Assembly: GCA_964609215.1 (NCBI GenBank)
Contig: CAZSQZ010000009.1
Location: 16,394 to 80,393, forward strand
DNA length: 64,000 bases
From: an uncultured Flavobacteriales bacterium
Lineage (GTDB): Bacteria; Bacteroidota; Bacteroidia; Flavobacteriales_D; JABDKJ01
Direction: 5' to 3'
Shown here: positions 20,502 to 31,450 of the stretch, piece after piece
Layout: each line of letters starts with the position of its first letter
Numbering within the stretch: position 1 is the stretch's first letter
Notes under the pieces: model-generated
Databases searched by the model: none
What the model was told of the DNA's origin: nothing
The model's input: only the letters and a program-made list of their open reading frames with translations
Program-made: the position numbers and the translations under genes

Positions 20502-21350
20502 ATGAAACTTTATTCTATAAATACAGGCTTCTTCAAGTTAGACGGAGGGGCTATGTTTGGAGTAGTCCCAAAATCAATATGGTCAAGAACAAATCCTGCA
20601 GACTCAAATAACATGTGCGATTGGGCAATGCGTTGTTTGTTATTAGAGGATGGAGAAAGATTAATGCTTTTTGATTGTGGAATTGGAGATAAGCAAAGCG
20701 AAAAGTTCTTTAGTTACTATTATTTATTTGGAGAAGATACGCTAGACTCCAACCTTGCAAAACACGGATTTTCAAGAAATGATATTACGGATGTTTTCTT
20801 TACGCATTTGCATTTTGACCATTGTGGTGGAGCAATTAAAAGAGATGGAGATTTACTGAAACCTTCATTTCCAAATGCACACTTTTGGAGTACCAAAAAC
20901 CATTGGGATGCAGCTCTGGAACCAAATGCGCGAGAAAAAGCCTCTTTTTTAAAAGAAAACATACTTCCAATTCAAGAGAGTGGGCAATTGAAATTCATTA
21001 ATAGAAAAGATGACTTCACGGAAAATGCATTTGATAATATTGATGTTCTTTTCGCAGATGGCCATACTGAAAGTCAAATGATTCCACACATAAAGTATAA
21101 GGATAAGACCATTGTATATATGGCAGATCTTTTGCCTTCTGTTGGGCATATTCCGCAGGCCTATGTTATGGGTTATGATACACGTCCTTTGATTACCTTA
21201 AAAGAGAAAAAGCGATTTCTGGAAAGAGCGGTAAAGGAGAATTTTATACTTTTTCTAGAACACGATCCAGAAAATGAATGTTGCACGGTTAAAATGACTG
21301 AAAAAGGTGTACGACTAGATCAAAAATTCAGTTTGTCATCTATTCTTTGA
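20502..21350 (+). CDS. MBL-fold metallo-hydrolase
   Basis: THLHFDHCGG motif. Confidence 0.8.
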   Translation: MKLYSINTGFFKLDGGAMFGVVPKSIWSRTNPADSNNMCDWAMRCLLLEDGERLMLFDCGIGDKQSEKFFSYYYLFGEDTLDSNLAKHGFSRNDITDVFFTHLHFDHCGGAIKRDGDLLKPSFPNAHFWSTKNHWDAALEPNAREKASFLKENILPIQESGQLKFINRKDDFTENAFDNIDVLFADGHTESQMIPHIKYKDKTIVYMADLLPSVGHIPQAYVMGYDTRPLITLKEKKRFLERAVKENFILFLEHDPENECCTVKMTEKGVRLDQKFSLSSIL

Positions 21351-21880
21351 ATGTGATAAATGAGGTGAAGAAAATGTTAGCACTAAGAATCGCCACAAAA
21401 AAAGATGCATCGGAAATTGCTCAGTTGGGTGCAGTCGCATTTAAACATTATTTTGAAAATGATAATAACAGAGAAGAGCTTCTTCCTTATCTTAAGAAAG
21501 CTTTTTCCGAAGAAGCAATATTGAAAGAATTTGAGGCAGATAAAAACCACTTTTTACTTGCGGTTGAGGAAGACAAAGTATTGGGCTTTGCAAGGTTATG
21601 GGAGGATTTGGATGAAAATGCCCCTGATAACTCCTTGAAGATGGAACGTTTGTATTTATGGCCGAAAGAGGTAGGGAAGGGTGTGGGAGCCTTTTTAATG
21701 AGGCAATCCATAGAGCTTGCAAAATCGGAGGGATATAAAACACTTTGGTTGCAAGTGCTAAGACCGAACAAGTTGGCGCATGGCTTTTACCTAAAATGGA
21801 ATTTCGAAGAATTTCATCAATCACCCGGAAAATTTAAAGGTGATAATGAAATTGATTTATGGATGAAAAGAAAGATTTAA
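21347..21880 (+). CDS. GNAT family N-acetyltransferase
   Basis: …VGKGVGAFLMRQSIELAK acetyl-CoA binding motif. Confidence 0.75.
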   Translation: MNVINEVKKMLALRIATKKDASEIAQLGAVAFKHYFENDNNREELLPYLKKAFSEEAILKEFEADKNHFLLAVEEDKVLGFARLWEDLDENAPDNSLKMERLYLWPKEVGKGVGAFLMRQSIELAKSEGYKTLWLQVLRPNKLAHGFYLKWNFEEFHQSPGKFKGDNEIDLWMKRKI

Positions 21881-22386
21881 GGTTTTTCTTTGGCTCTTGG
21901 ACCAAGTTCGATTACTTCTAAATCCCTGAGATTTCCGGCATCAATTTTAAACCGAAGTAAAGTTCTCATTTTGTGAAACCCGTGTCTTCCAGCAGCACCT
22001 GGATTCATGTATAACATTCTCAATCTCTTGTCCATTTGCACCTTGCAGATATGAGAATGACCACAAACAAAAATATCAGGCGGACTTGCTTTTAATGCTT
22101 CTCTAATTCTGTAATCATAAGCATAGACTGGACCACCAATATGGGTAATCCAAACTTTCATGCCCTCACAAATGAAACGATTGTGCAAGGGAAATTCGGA
22201 ACGTATTTTTGCATTGTCAATATTGCCATAAACCCCCTTTACAATTGCCAATTCTGCCAATTGATCCATTACTTCGATCTTGCCAATATCACCAGCATGC
22301 CAAATTTCATCTACCCCTTTGAAATGATGAAGTATTCTGTCATCCATATATGAATGCGTATCTGATATTAGTCCTATTTTTTTCAT
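21877..22386 (-). CDS. YfcE/MJ0936-type metallophosphoesterase
   Basis: ISDTHS, GDIG, GNID and GHSH motifs in order. Confidence 0.8.
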   Translation of the reverse strand: MKKIGLISDTHSYMDDRILHHFKGVDEIWHAGDIGKIEVMDQLAELAIVKGVYGNIDNAKIRSEFPLHNRFICEGMKVWITHIGGPVYAYDYRIREALKASPPDIFVCGHSHICKVQMDKRLRMLYMNPGAAGRHGFHKMRTLLRFKIDAGNLRDLEVIELGPRAKEKP

Positions 22387-22531
22387 TTAGTTAAAGAACC
22401 TACTTGCTTATTAGAAATCCTATTGCTAGAGAGGTACCATAGCCTTTGAAGACAAAAATCAATTTCGTCAAAAATAGAAGCAAAATGAAAATATTGAGAA
22501 TATCCCACGGAAAAAATCGCACTTTTGCGAA

Positions 22532-23281
22532 GTGGCAAGGTATTTCTTGAAAATAGCGTATGATGGCAGCCAATATCACGGATGGCAAGTCCAGGAAAAT
22601 GCACATTCCATTCAAGCTGAAATAAATGGAGCATTACAAAAGCTATTAAGCGATAAGGAAATTTATGTTGTGGGTTGCGGAAGAACTGATGCGGGCGTGC
22701 ATGCGAGTGAATTTTTTCTGCATTTTGATACGGAAAAGGATTGTAGTAACAGAGAAAATTTGATCTATCGTTTGAATCAAATTTTACCTAAGGATATTGT
22801 GGTATTCGATTGGATTAATGTTGCAAATGAAGCACACAGTAGATTTGATGCTTTATCAAGGACCTATCAATATCATATCATTCAATTTAAAAACCCTTTT
22901 AACCAAGACTATGCAGCTTTTTTTCCGAAAGGATTGAATTTGGATAAAATGAATGAAGCCGCTGGTATTCTTGAGTGTTATAAGGATTTTACTTCATTTA
23001 GTAAGTTGCACACAGATACACATACCAATGATTGTGAGGTGCATTATGCTAAATGGTTCGTTCAGGAAGATGAGCTTATATTTGAAATAAAAGCAAATCG
23101 CTTTTTACGAAATATGGTGCGCGCTTTGGTAGGAACATGTATTGAAGTGGGTAAGGGAAAAATGGAAATAGATTCCTTTAAGAAAGTTATAGAAGCAAAA
23201 GATAGAAGCCAAGCAGGTAGTTCTGTCCCAGCGAAAGGATTGTTTCTGACCAAGGTTGAATATGATTATGTTGGTTCCTAG
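22532..23281 (+). CDS. truA: tRNA pseudouridine(38-40) synthase TruA
   Basis: YFLKIAYDGSQYHGWQVQ and GCGRTDAGVHA (catalytic Asp). GTG start. Confidence 0.9.
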   Translation: MARYFLKIAYDGSQYHGWQVQENAHSIQAEINGALQKLLSDKEIYVVGCGRTDAGVHASEFFLHFDTEKDCSNRENLIYRLNQILPKDIVVFDWINVANEAHSRFDALSRTYQYHIIQFKNPFNQDYAAFFPKGLNLDKMNEAAGILECYKDFTSFSKLHTDTHTNDCEVHYAKWFVQEDELIFEIKANRFLRNMVRALVGTCIEVGKGKMEIDSFKKVIEAKDRSQAGSSVPAKGLFLTKVEYDYVGS

Positions 23282-23429
23282 TTCCTAGTTTGGGATTACT
23301 AATTCCTAATAATTAACCACTAACTATCCATTCAGCTATTAATCATTAACCATTAATTCTCAATTATTACCATAAGTCTTAACAGACTACTCCAAAAAAA
23401 TCCAATAAAGCAATTATCTTCGTGCTCTG

Positions 23430-25190
23430 ATGGCGGCAGTAAGCGGAAAGGCATTTGATTCACAGATTTTTTGGCGGTTAATGAGCTATGCAAGACCTTA
23501 TCGCATAAGGTTTTGGCTGACCCTTGGTTTAACCCTTTTTTTAGCGACTATTGGTCCTTTAAAGCCTTATCTTATCATCCTTATTGTCAACGATTATATC
23601 GCAACAAAGGATATCGCAGGGCTGACGAACTGGTCCTTAATATATGTTGGAATCATTATTATTGAATCTCTGGTTACTTTCTTTCAGACCTATTCCGCAA
23701 ATTGGATAGGACAAAATATTATTCGTGATCTTCGAGTGAGTTTATATAATCATGTAGTTAATTTTAAACTCAAGTACTTTGACAATACGCCCATAGGAAG
23801 ATTGGTCACTAGGTGTGTTTCTGACATAGAAACTATTGCAGAAGTTTTCTCTTCTGGCATTTTGGTAATCATTGGAGATATTTTGAAATTGATCGTGATT
23901 GTTCTGATCATGTTTTTGGTGAATTGGAAGTTTGCGTTGGTAGTATTAATTCCTGTACCCGTTCTTATTGTTGCCACCCGTATTTTTAAGAATGCTATTA
24001 AATCAGCTTTTCAGTCTGTTCGAACTGAAGTTTCTCGTTTGAATACTTTCGTTCAAGAACATATTACTGGAATGAGCGTTATTCAGATTTTCAATAGAGA
24101 AAAAGAAGAACAAAAGAAATTTAGAGATATAAACAAAAGACATAGAGACGCCCACATAAAATCTGTTTGGGCTTATTCTATCTTCTTTCCTGTTGTTGAA
24201 ATTTTGAGTGCGATGTCAGTGGCCTTGCTGATATTTTGGGGGATAAAAGCAATAGATGATCCTATTGTATTAAAGCAAGACATATTTGGGCAAATTGTAG
24301 GCTTTGTAATGTTCATTTTTATGATGTACCGGCCCATTCGACAATTAGCAGATCGTTTCAACGTTTTGCAGATGGGAATGGTTGGAAGCGAACGTGTTTT
24401 TGAAGTTCTGGATACGGAATCTTCAATTGCCGAAGATGCTGAATTAAATGACTTAAAGATTCAAGGCAACATTTCATTTAAAGATGTTTGGTTTGCATAT
24501 GTTGAAGAGAATTATGTGCTTAAGAATATTTCTTTCGATCTAAAGGCTGGAGAGACCATAGCCTTTGTTGGGGCAACTGGTGCAGGAAAATCATCTGTGA
24601 TCAATTTGTTGAGTCGTTTTTATGAATTTCAAAAAGGGGAGATATTGGTAGAAGGGAGAGACTTAAGAAGTTTAGATAAGAACTTCCTTAGAAAGAATAT
24701 TGCTGTGGTGCTGCAAGATGTATTCCTCTTCTCGGATTCTATCTTGAATAATATTACCCTTAATGATCCCAGTATTGACTTTGAACAAGTTGTAGCTGCT
24801 GCAAAAGCAGTTGGAGCCCATGATTTTATTATGAAATGCCCAGGTGGATACGACTATGATGTGAAGGAAAGAGGAGCAATGCTTTCAGTAGGACAGCGTC
24901 AACTTATTTCGTTTATCAGAGCCTATGTGCATGACCCCAAGATTTTGGTTTTAGATGAAGCAACAAGTTCAGTGGATACAGAGAGCGAGATATTGATTCA
25001 AAATGCAATTGAAAAACTGACAGAAAACAGAACATCCATAGTTATTGCTCACCGACTTTCAACCATCAAAAGAGCAAATAAGATTATAGTCTTAGAACAA
25101 GGAGAAATTATCGAGCAAGGAACCCATTCAGAGTTAATTAATGCTAATGGCCACTACAAAAAACTGTATGATCTGCAGTTTAAACATTGA
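23430..25190 (+). CDS. ABC transporter, fused permease/ATPase (MsbA/exporter type)
   Basis: Six-TM N-terminal half. Walker A GATGAGKS, signature LSVGQRQL, Walker B ILVLDEATSSVD. Confidence 0.9.
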   Translation: MAAVSGKAFDSQIFWRLMSYARPYRIRFWLTLGLTLFLATIGPLKPYLIILIVNDYIATKDIAGLTNWSLIYVGIIIIESLVTFFQTYSANWIGQNIIRDLRVSLYNHVVNFKLKYFDNTPIGRLVTRCVSDIETIAEVFSSGILVIIGDILKLIVIVLIMFLVNWKFALVVLIPVPVLIVATRIFKNAIKSAFQSVRTEVSRLNTFVQEHITGMSVIQIFNREKEEQKKFRDINKRHRDAHIKSVWAYSIFFPVVEILSAMSVALLIFWGIKAIDDPIVLKQDIFGQIVGFVMFIFMMYRPIRQLADRFNVLQMGMVGSERVFEVLDTESSIAEDAELNDLKIQGNISFKDVWFAYVEENYVLKNISFDLKAGETIAFVGATGAGKSSVINLLSRFYEFQKGEILVEGRDLRSLDKNFLRKNIAVVLQDVFLFSDSILNNITLNDPSIDFEQVVAAAKAVGAHDFIMKCPGGYDYDVKERGAMLSVGQRQLISFIRAYVHDPKILVLDEATSSVDTESEILIQNAIEKLTENRTSIVIAHRLSTIKRANKIIVLEQGEIIEQGTHSELINANGHYKKLYDLQFKH

Positions 25191-25199
25191 ATATATCCA

Positions 25200-25430
25200 A
25201 GTACCCTTCGAGAACCTCAAGGTACTAGGTAGGACTCTCAAGATTGCACCCTGAAGTTCTCGAAGGGTGCTCACTAAGACTCTTCGAGGGGGTGTTCACA
25301 AAGTTCTCTAAATAGCTCACTGAATAATTGAAGTTTCTCACTGCGACTCTCAAAGAATACACCCTGAGGTTCCCGAAGGGTGCTCACTGAGGCTCTCGAA
25401 GTGAGATTTCACTTAGATTCTCAAAATCAT
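25200..25430. repeat. degenerate ~22-nt periodic repeat block with two near-identical 30-nt hairpin units
   Basis: About 10 units, each containing (C)TCACT..GACTCTC(G)AAG-like words spaced ~21-24 nt apart. Units at 25246-25275 and 25359-25388 are 27/30 identical, and each can form CACCCT…AGGGTG. Confidence 0.6.
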
Positions 25431-26166
25431 AAAGTTTAGCATCCATTAAGTGAGAAGGTGAAACATTTTTAATTGCGTTGAAAATCACCTCTTTTCTTCC
25501 GGGTTGCATTTCTTCCCATTCTGCTAGCATTTTCTTCACTCTTTGTCTTTGCATGCCATCTTGAGAACCACAAAGTGTACAAGGAATAATTGGAAATTCC
25601 ATATGCTCTGCATATTCCGCAATCATTGCTTCTTTACAATATGCCAAGGGACGCAGAACAATATGTTTGCCATCATCGGTTCTGTACTTTGCGGGCATAG
25701 CCTCCAACTTTCCGCTGAACATCAAGTTAAGAAATAGTGTTTCAATAATATCTTCCCTATGATGACCAAGAGCCAATTTATTACAACCCAACTCCTCTGC
25801 TGCTGAGTAAAGCGTTCCTCTTCTCAATCGTGAGCAAAGGCTACACATCGTTTTTCCTTCAGGTGTTTTGTCAACCACAATAGAATACGTGTCTTTTTCT
25901 ACAATCTTATAGTTGACTCCAATTTTTTCAAAATAATTGGGTAAGATTTCTTCAGGAAACCCGGGTTGTTTTTGGTCCATGTTTACCGCAATAATTTCAA
26001 AATCATAGATTTCTGTAGCTTGCACATGCATGAGCATATCCAGCATAGTATAGCTGTCTTTTCCACCCGAAATGCACACCATTATGCGGTCACCTTTCTC
26101 AATCATGTTGAAGTCCTTAATAGCACTCCAAACTTTTTTCCTTAATTTCTTTTGAACCTGTTCCAA
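25384..26166 (-). CDS. ttcA: tRNA 2-thiocytidine(32) synthetase TtcA
   Basis: PP-loop [18 protein letters not shown], and C-terminal CTLCGSQ cysteine motifs. The last ~15 codons run into the repeat block. Confidence 0.85.
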   Translation of the reverse strand: MEQVQKKLRKKVWSAIKDFNMIEKGDRIMVCISGGKDSYTMLDMLMHVQATEIYDFEIIAVNMDQKQPGFPEEILPNYFEKIGVNYKIVEKDTYSIVVDKTPEGKTMCSLCSRLRRGTLYSAAEELGCNKLALGHHREDIIETLFLNLMFSGKLEAMPAKYRTDDGKHIVLRPLAYCKEAMIAEYAEHMEFPIIPCTLCGSQDGMQRQRVKKMLAEWEEMQPGRKEVIFNAIKNVSPSHLMDAKLYDFENLSEISLREPQ

Positions 26167-26218
26167 TGTGATGTAAAGGTAGTTTTTTAAATATCAAATT
26201 GATTAAAGAAGAAGGCTC

Positions 26219-29023
26219 TTAATCTTTGAATTTCCCTTTTAAATACCTTCCGGTAACCGATTTCTTTTCCTTCATCGCATCCTCAGGTAAACCCTCAAAA
26301 ACAATATGTCCTCCTTCTTCACCACCCACAGGCCCTAGGTCAATCATCCAGTCCGCACATTTGATAACATCTATATTGTGCTCAATAACAATAACCGAAT
26401 GGCCTTGGTCAATCAATGCGAAAAGGGAGATCAATAATTTTCGGACATCATGAAAGTGCAAACCTGTTGTGGGTTCGTCAAAGATAAATAGGGTCTTTTC
26501 GGCTTTTTCCTTTTTGGATAAGAAGGATGCCAGTTTAATTCTTTGTGCTTCACCTCCTGATAATGTACTTGATGCCTGACCTAATTGCACATATCCCAAA
26601 CCAACATCTTGTAGTGGTTTTAATTTATTCAAGATTTTTTTGGAATAACTATTCTCTTCTATTTTGAAAAACACGATGGCTTCATCAACCGTCATTCTTA
26701 AAATTTGAGAGATGTTTTTATCGTGATATTCAACTTCTAAAACTTCTTCTGAAAAACGTTTGCCTCTGCATGTCTCGCATTCCAGAGTAATGTCTGCCAT
26801 GAATTGCATTTCAATCTTTACACTTCCCTCACCTTCGCAAGTTTCGCACCTTCCTCCGGAAACGTTAAATGAAAAATGGCTGGCTTTATAGCCCCTTATT
26901 TGCGCCAGTTGTTGTTTGGAAAACAAAGTTCTTATTTCGTCAAAAGCTTTGACATAGGTTACCGGATTGGAACGCGATGATTTCCCAATTGGATTTTGAT
27001 CAACAAATTCAACAGCGCCAATTCTGGAAAAATTTCCATTCATTTCGGAATACTCGCCAACTGCATCTGCATAGTTTCCTAATTTTCTTTGCACAGCAGG
27101 GTAGAGGATGTCTTTTATCAAAGATGTTTTCCCTGAACCACTTACTCCAGTTACCACAGTAAGATTACCCAAAGGGATTTTTACATCTACATTTTTTAGA
27201 TTGTTCTCTCGCGCACCTTTTATTTCAATGCATTCCTTCCAAGTTCTTTTCTTTTTAGGAACGGGAATAATTTCTCTACCCGTTAAATACTTTGCTGTTA
27301 AACTTTCTTTTTGATCAATCAACTCAGCATGAACTCCTTCAAAAACAACTTCACCACCATGATGGCCAGCTCCTGGCCCCATGTCGATAATGCGATCTGC
27401 AGCTTTCATCATTTCTTCATCATGTTCAACTACTATCACAGTATTTCCTAAATCTCTCAGGGACTTAATCACGGATATCAAACGCTCGGTATCATGTGAA
27501 TGAAGACCTATACTCGGTTCATCAAGAATGTACATTGAACCGACTAAATTACTACCTAGAGAAGTTGCCAAATTGATGCGTTGAGACTCTCCACCAGAGA
27601 GCGTATTCGATCTCCTGTTTAAGGTTAAATAACCTAGTCCAACATCGCATAGGTACTCAAGCCTGTTTTTTACCTCTATTAATATTCTTGAAGCAATTGC
27701 TTCATCATGTTTGCTGAGTTGGATGTCCTGAAAAAATTGAGAACATTTGGCGACAGCAATTTCCGTAAGTTCGTTTATGGATTTACCATCCACTTTGACA
27801 TTATTGGTATCTGCTCTCAGCCGACTTCCTTTGCATTCGGGGCAGGTAGTTTTACCTCTGTAGCGTGAAAGCATTACTCGATATTGAATTTTGTAAGACT
27901 TGGATTCTACATATTCGAAGAAAGCATTTAAGCCATCAAAATGCTCATTACCCGACCATAGTAGTGCTATTTCCTCTTCACTAAGTTCATGAATGGGGCG
28001 GTGAATGGGAAAGTTAAATTTATCAGCTGCCATCATCAACTGATCCTTCCATAAACCCATTTTCTCTCCTTTCCAACAAACAATAGCTCCATCAAAAACC
28101 GAAAGTGTTTTGTTGGGAATTACCAAATCAGGATCAATACCTATTACCGATCCAAAACCTTCACAAGTTTGACATGCACCTAGAGGATTGTTAAAAGAGA
28201 AAAAATGCACACTGGGTTCAGTAAAAGTTATTCCATCAAGCTCAAATTTGTTGCTATAGTTTTTTTCGATATGCTTTTCTTCAAGGTCATATAAAAGAGA
28301 GATTTCACCCCTTCCTTCAAAGAAAGCTGTTTCCAAAGAGTCCCCAATACGACTCAAATTTTCTTCACTTCGTTCAGCAGTAAATCGATCAATAACCAAT
28401 TGAACATCTCCTTTAGGAATTCTTTCGATATGCTGTATCTTTTCAATTTTACCATTGACTATTAATCTCACATAACCTTGCAACTCAAGAACTTTAATCT
28501 GTTCTTTTAAGCTTCTGTCGCCTGTATATATCGGTGCGATTAATACTATGCGAGTAGCTTCGGGTAATTTTATGATATCCTCCACGACATCTTCAACACG
28601 ATCTCTTTTTACTTCTTTTCCCGAAACAGGAGAAATGGTTTTGCCTATTCTGGCAAATAACAATTTGAGATAATCGTAAATTTCTGTTGCTGTTCCCACT
28701 GTTGAGCGAGAATTTCTCGAAACTACTTTTTGCTCAATAGCTATGGCAGGAGAAATGTTTTCTATTTGATCTACATCTGGCTTATCAAGCCTGCCAAGGA
28801 ATTGTCTTGCATAGGAAGAAAGGCTTTCAACATACCTTCTTTGCCCCTCTGCATATAACGTGTCAAAAGCCAAAGAAGATTTCCCTGATCCTGATAGTCC
28901 AGTTACCACAACCAATTTGTTTCTGGGGATACCAACTGTAACATTCTTAAGATTATGCACTCGCGCGCCTTTAATCTTTATTTCAGCAATCTCTTTTTTC
29001 TCCTGTATGGCTGCTTTCGGCAT
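26219..29023 (-). CDS. uvrA: excinuclease ABC subunit A
   Basis: Two ABC modules ([20 protein letters not shown]), CxxC zinc modules, LSGGE(S/A)QR signatures, 934 aa. Confidence 0.97.
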   Translation of the reverse strand: MPKAAIQEKKEIAEIKIKGARVHNLKNVTVGIPRNKLVVVTGLSGSGKSSLAFDTLYAEGQRRYVESLSSYARQFLGRLDKPDVDQIENISPAIAIEQKVVSRNSRSTVGTATEIYDYLKLLFARIGKTISPVSGKEVKRDRVEDVVEDIIKLPEATRIVLIAPIYTGDRSLKEQIKVLELQGYVRLIVNGKIEKIQHIERIPKGDVQLVIDRFTAERSEENLSRIGDSLETAFFEGRGEISLLYDLEEKHIEKNYSNKFELDGITFTEPSVHFFSFNNPLGACQTCEGFGSVIGIDPDLVIPNKTLSVFDGAIVCWKGEKMGLWKDQLMMAADKFNFPIHRPIHELSEEEIALLWSGNEHFDGLNAFFEYVESKSYKIQYRVMLSRYRGKTTCPECKGSRLRADTNNVKVDGKSINELTEIAVAKCSQFFQDIQLSKHDEAIASRILIEVKNRLEYLCDVGLGYLTLNRRSNTLSGGESQRINLATSLGSNLVGSMYILDEPSIGLHSHDTERLISVIKSLRDLGNTVIVVEHDEEMMKAADRIIDMGPGAGHHGGEVVFEGVHAELIDQKESLTAKYLTGREIIPVPKKKRTWKECIEIKGARENNLKNVDVKIPLGNLTVVTGVSGSGKTSLIKDILYPAVQRKLGNYADAVGEYSEMNGNFSRIGAVEFVDQNPIGKSSRSNPVTYVKAFDEIRTLFSKQQLAQIRGYKASHFSFNVSGGRCETCEGEGSVKIEMQFMADITLECETCRGKRFSEEVLEVEYHDKNISQILRMTVDEAIVFFKIEENSYSKKILNKLKPLQDVGLGYVQLGQASSTLSGGEAQRIKLASFLSKKEKAEKTLFIFDEPTTGLHFHDVRKLLISLFALIDQGHSVIVIEHNIDVIKCADWMIDLGPVGGEEGGHIVFEGLPEDAMKEKKSVTGRYLKGKFKD

Positions 29024-29282
29024 AGTATTTGTTGCTATCTTAACAGAAATTAACGCACGAAATTAGACCTTTATATTGACATTTAGGGTAAAAGAGTCTA
29101 AGTTTGTATAGTAATTGCATCGGAGGCAAAAAAAAATTGCTAAACATGTAATAAAATTTAAAATTTTGCGTTTAAATAAAAAGCGCAAGCTTATTGTCTA
29201 ATTAAAACAGAAAGAATTATTGCATAAAACTCTACTTTAAAAAGAAAGTTTTTTTACGAATTAATTAAAGAGAGGAATTATT

Positions 29283-29870
29283 ATGCAAAGTTCTGGATTA
29301 GCCGATCAGGTTCTGATCAAAAAGTACATCAACGGTAACGAAAAAGCATTTGAGGTGTTATTAAATCGCCACAGAAATAAGGTGTATACACACGTTTATT
29401 TAATGGTGAGAGATAATGACCTTGCAGATGATATTTTTCAAGACGCATTTATTAAGGTTATAAATACCTTAAAGTCAGGTAAATATAACGAAGAAGGAAA
29501 GTTTCTTCCCTGGGTAATTCGAATTGCGCATAATCTGGTTATTGATCATTTTAGAAAATCTAAGAAAATGCCAAAAGTGCGTGAAGATGAGGAATATAGC
29601 CCCTTTGCCACCATTGAAAATGAGGACATGAATGTTCAGGATGAAATGATTACTGATCAAATTCATTCAGATTTGAAACATTTGGTCGAATTATTACCAG
29701 ATGAACAGAAGGAGATTATACTTCTAAGACATTATATGGGTATGAGTTTTAAGGATATTGCGGATAGAACTAACGTGAGTATTAATACTGCTCTTGGTCG
29801 CATGCGTTATGCTTTAATTAACCTTCGAAAGATGGTTGAAGAAAAAGAAATCATTCTTACCCAATCATAA
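29283..29870 (+). CDS. RNA polymerase sigma-70 family (ECF-type) sigma factor
   Basis: Region 2 (DIFQDAFIKV…PWVIRIAHNLVIDHFR) and region 4 HTH (SFKDIADRTNVSINTALGRMRYA). Confidence 0.85.
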   Translation: MQSSGLADQVLIKKYINGNEKAFEVLLNRHRNKVYTHVYLMVRDNDLADDIFQDAFIKVINTLKSGKYNEEGKFLPWVIRIAHNLVIDHFRKSKKMPKVREDEEYSPFATIENEDMNVQDEMITDQIHSDLKHLVELLPDEQKEIILLRHYMGMSFKDIADRTNVSINTALGRMRYALINLRKMVEEKEIILTQS

Positions 29871-29932
29871 TTTGATTTCATTTTATAGAGATCGAATTAT
29901 GCAATAATTTGGTTAGTTTTGGTTAGTTCGGA

Positions 29933-29969
29933 AGGCCCCATGGAGAATATCTGTGGGGCTTTTGTTTTG
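29933..29969 (+). terminator. rho-independent terminator after the sigma factor gene
   Basis: AGGCCCCA-13 nt-TGGGGCTT followed by TTTGTTTTG. Confidence 0.7.
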
Positions 29970-30077
29970 TCTTGGTACTTATTGTTCTTGAAAAAATATT
30001 TTCGTTTCGAACCTCGAGCGAAGCTGAGAGGTACGAAATGATAGAATTTAACTACGATTTTTTAGTTCCAATTTGAC

Positions 30078-31088
30078 TCAAATAGAAATGCTTGCAAGAG
30101 AAATATTCCTCGGCTGATAATTCTTTGCAGTTTCTGCCATAGCTCGAATATGATCTGGAGTTGTTCCGCAGCATCCACCTAAAATATTTACTAAGCCATC
30201 CTTTAAATATTCTTCAACTTGATTTTTCATTTGCTCAGGGCTCTCATCGTATTCCCCCATTTCATTAGGTAAACCAGCATTTGGATAAGCAGAAACAAAT
30301 ACATTAGACTTTCTTGCAAGTACTTTTACATAAGGAGTCAATTGATCAGCACCTAAAGCGCAATTGAAACCGATAGAGAGTAGATTGATGTGTGACAATG
30401 AAATAAGAAAGGCCTCTGCAGTTTGCCCAGAAAGTGTTCTTCCGCTTGCATCTGTGATTGTTCCTGACGCCATTAAGGGAAGTTCAACATTCTTTTCTCT
30501 AAAGACTTGTTTGATGGCAAAAAAAGCTGCTTTGGCATTTAAAGTGTCAAAAATGGTTTCAACCAGCAACAAATCGGCTCCACCATCAATTAATCCTCGG
30601 GCTTGTTCAGAATATGCATCAACCAATTCGTTAAATGTAATCGCTCGATACCCAGGGTCATTTACATCAGGTGATAATGATGCTGTTTTATTGGTAGGTC
30701 CTAGTGCTCCTGCAACCCATCTAGGCTTTTCTGGATTTTCTTCCGTCTTCTTTTTAGTTGCTCTTTTTGCTATTTCTGCAGCAGCTTTATTTAATTCATA
30801 AACAACAGATTCCAATCCGTAATCTGCTTGTGCGATACTGGTTCCACTAAAGGTGTTGGTTTCAATAATGTCTGCTCCTGAATCTAAAAATTCTTTATGA
30901 ATTCCTTCAATGATCTCAGGCTTTGTTAAACAAAGAATATCATTGTTCCCTTTTAAAGGATGCGTGTGATTCTTGAAAATGTCACCGCGAAAACCTTCTT
31001 CACTCAAAGGGTGTTTTTGAATCATAGTTCCCATGGCACCATCCAAGATGAGAATGCGATCTTCTAAAACTTTGCGTATATCAACCAT
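30078..31088 (-). CDS. homocysteine S-methyltransferase domain protein (MetH N-terminal module only)
   Basis: ILDGAMGT, the ETNTF region, and GGCCGTTPDHI zinc/homocysteine motifs. At 336 aa it lacks the pterin- and B12-binding modules. Confidence 0.8.
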   Translation of the reverse strand: MVDIRKVLEDRILILDGAMGTMIQKHPLSEEGFRGDIFKNHTHPLKGNNDILCLTKPEIIEGIHKEFLDSGADIIETNTFSGTSIAQADYGLESVVYELNKAAAEIAKRATKKKTEENPEKPRWVAGALGPTNKTASLSPDVNDPGYRAITFNELVDAYSEQARGLIDGGADLLLVETIFDTLNAKAAFFAIKQVFREKNVELPLMASGTITDASGRTLSGQTAEAFLISLSHINLLSIGFNCALGADQLTPYVKVLARKSNVFVSAYPNAGLPNEMGEYDESPEQMKNQVEEYLKDGLVNILGGCCGTTPDHIRAMAETAKNYQPRNISLASISI

Positions 31089-31323
31089 TTTGTTTTTCAG
31101 CTTGACGCACTTTATACATATTGAAAAAAAGAATGCCTAAAAGTATATAAGGAATAACCATTAAAATGTAAATCCCCTTGTTTATTCCGTTTCCCATTTC
31201 AACTTTATTGACAGGCGTCATTCCACTTTCAACAACAGCCTTGCACATGGAACATTGGGCGTCTATATCTATGCTCAAGAAAAAAGAGAAAACAAATAAT
31301 ATGATGATGATTTTACCTTTCAT
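31081..31323 (-). CDS. small membrane protein (signal peptide + one TM helix)
   Basis: ORF only. An 8-nt overlap with the downstream gene. Confidence 0.35.
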   Translation of the reverse strand: MKGKIIIILFVFSFFLSIDIDAQCSMCKAVVESGMTPVNKVEMGNGINKGIYILMVIPYILLGILFFNMYKVRQAEKQNG

Positions 31324-31400
31324 ATTTAATAAACAAAGGTAGGGAATTAAGGTTTTGATTTATTAAATAGTGCTGACAGTTTTGTTCGCTTTTATGAGTA

Positions 31401-31432
31401 CAAAAAAAGCGAGATTGCCTTGGCAATCTCGC
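31401..31432 (-). terminator. rho-independent terminator of the SPFH gene (left end of the RNA-repair island)
   Basis: Minus strand: GCGAGATTGCC-aa-GGCAATCTCGC followed by T7. Confidence 0.8.
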
Positions 31433-31450
31433 TTGTGGAACAAATTATAA

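Noticed and set aside
23282-23429. AT-rich intergenic stretch with repeated words (TTCCTAG x2, TAATTCCTAAT, TTAACCA, CATTAA).
   Set aside because: There is only short low-complexity word reuse and no consistent unit, hairpin or known motif. It is probably just the promoter or spacer region of the ABC transporter gene.
25200-25430. Possible CRISPR array.
   Set aside because: The units are ~22 nt, degenerate and contiguous with no unique spacers. No cas genes are nearby.
30005-30038. TTCGAACC-containing hairpin that looked like a tRNA T arm.
   Set aside because: It is an 11-bp (1 mismatch) hairpin TTTCGAACCTC…GAGGTACGAAA with no acceptor, D or anticodon elements. It is more plausibly a terminator or stabiliser downstream of the MetH-like gene.
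30364-30801. Antisense ORFs inside well-supported genes, e.g. 30364..30801, 1742..2173, 18106..18450, 21487..21824, 26226..26453, 27108..27314, 55741..56103.
   Set aside because: Each is fully nested opposite a gene with strong family motifs. Their compositions (Ser/Leu/Phe/Lys-rich) are typical of AT-rich antisense frames.
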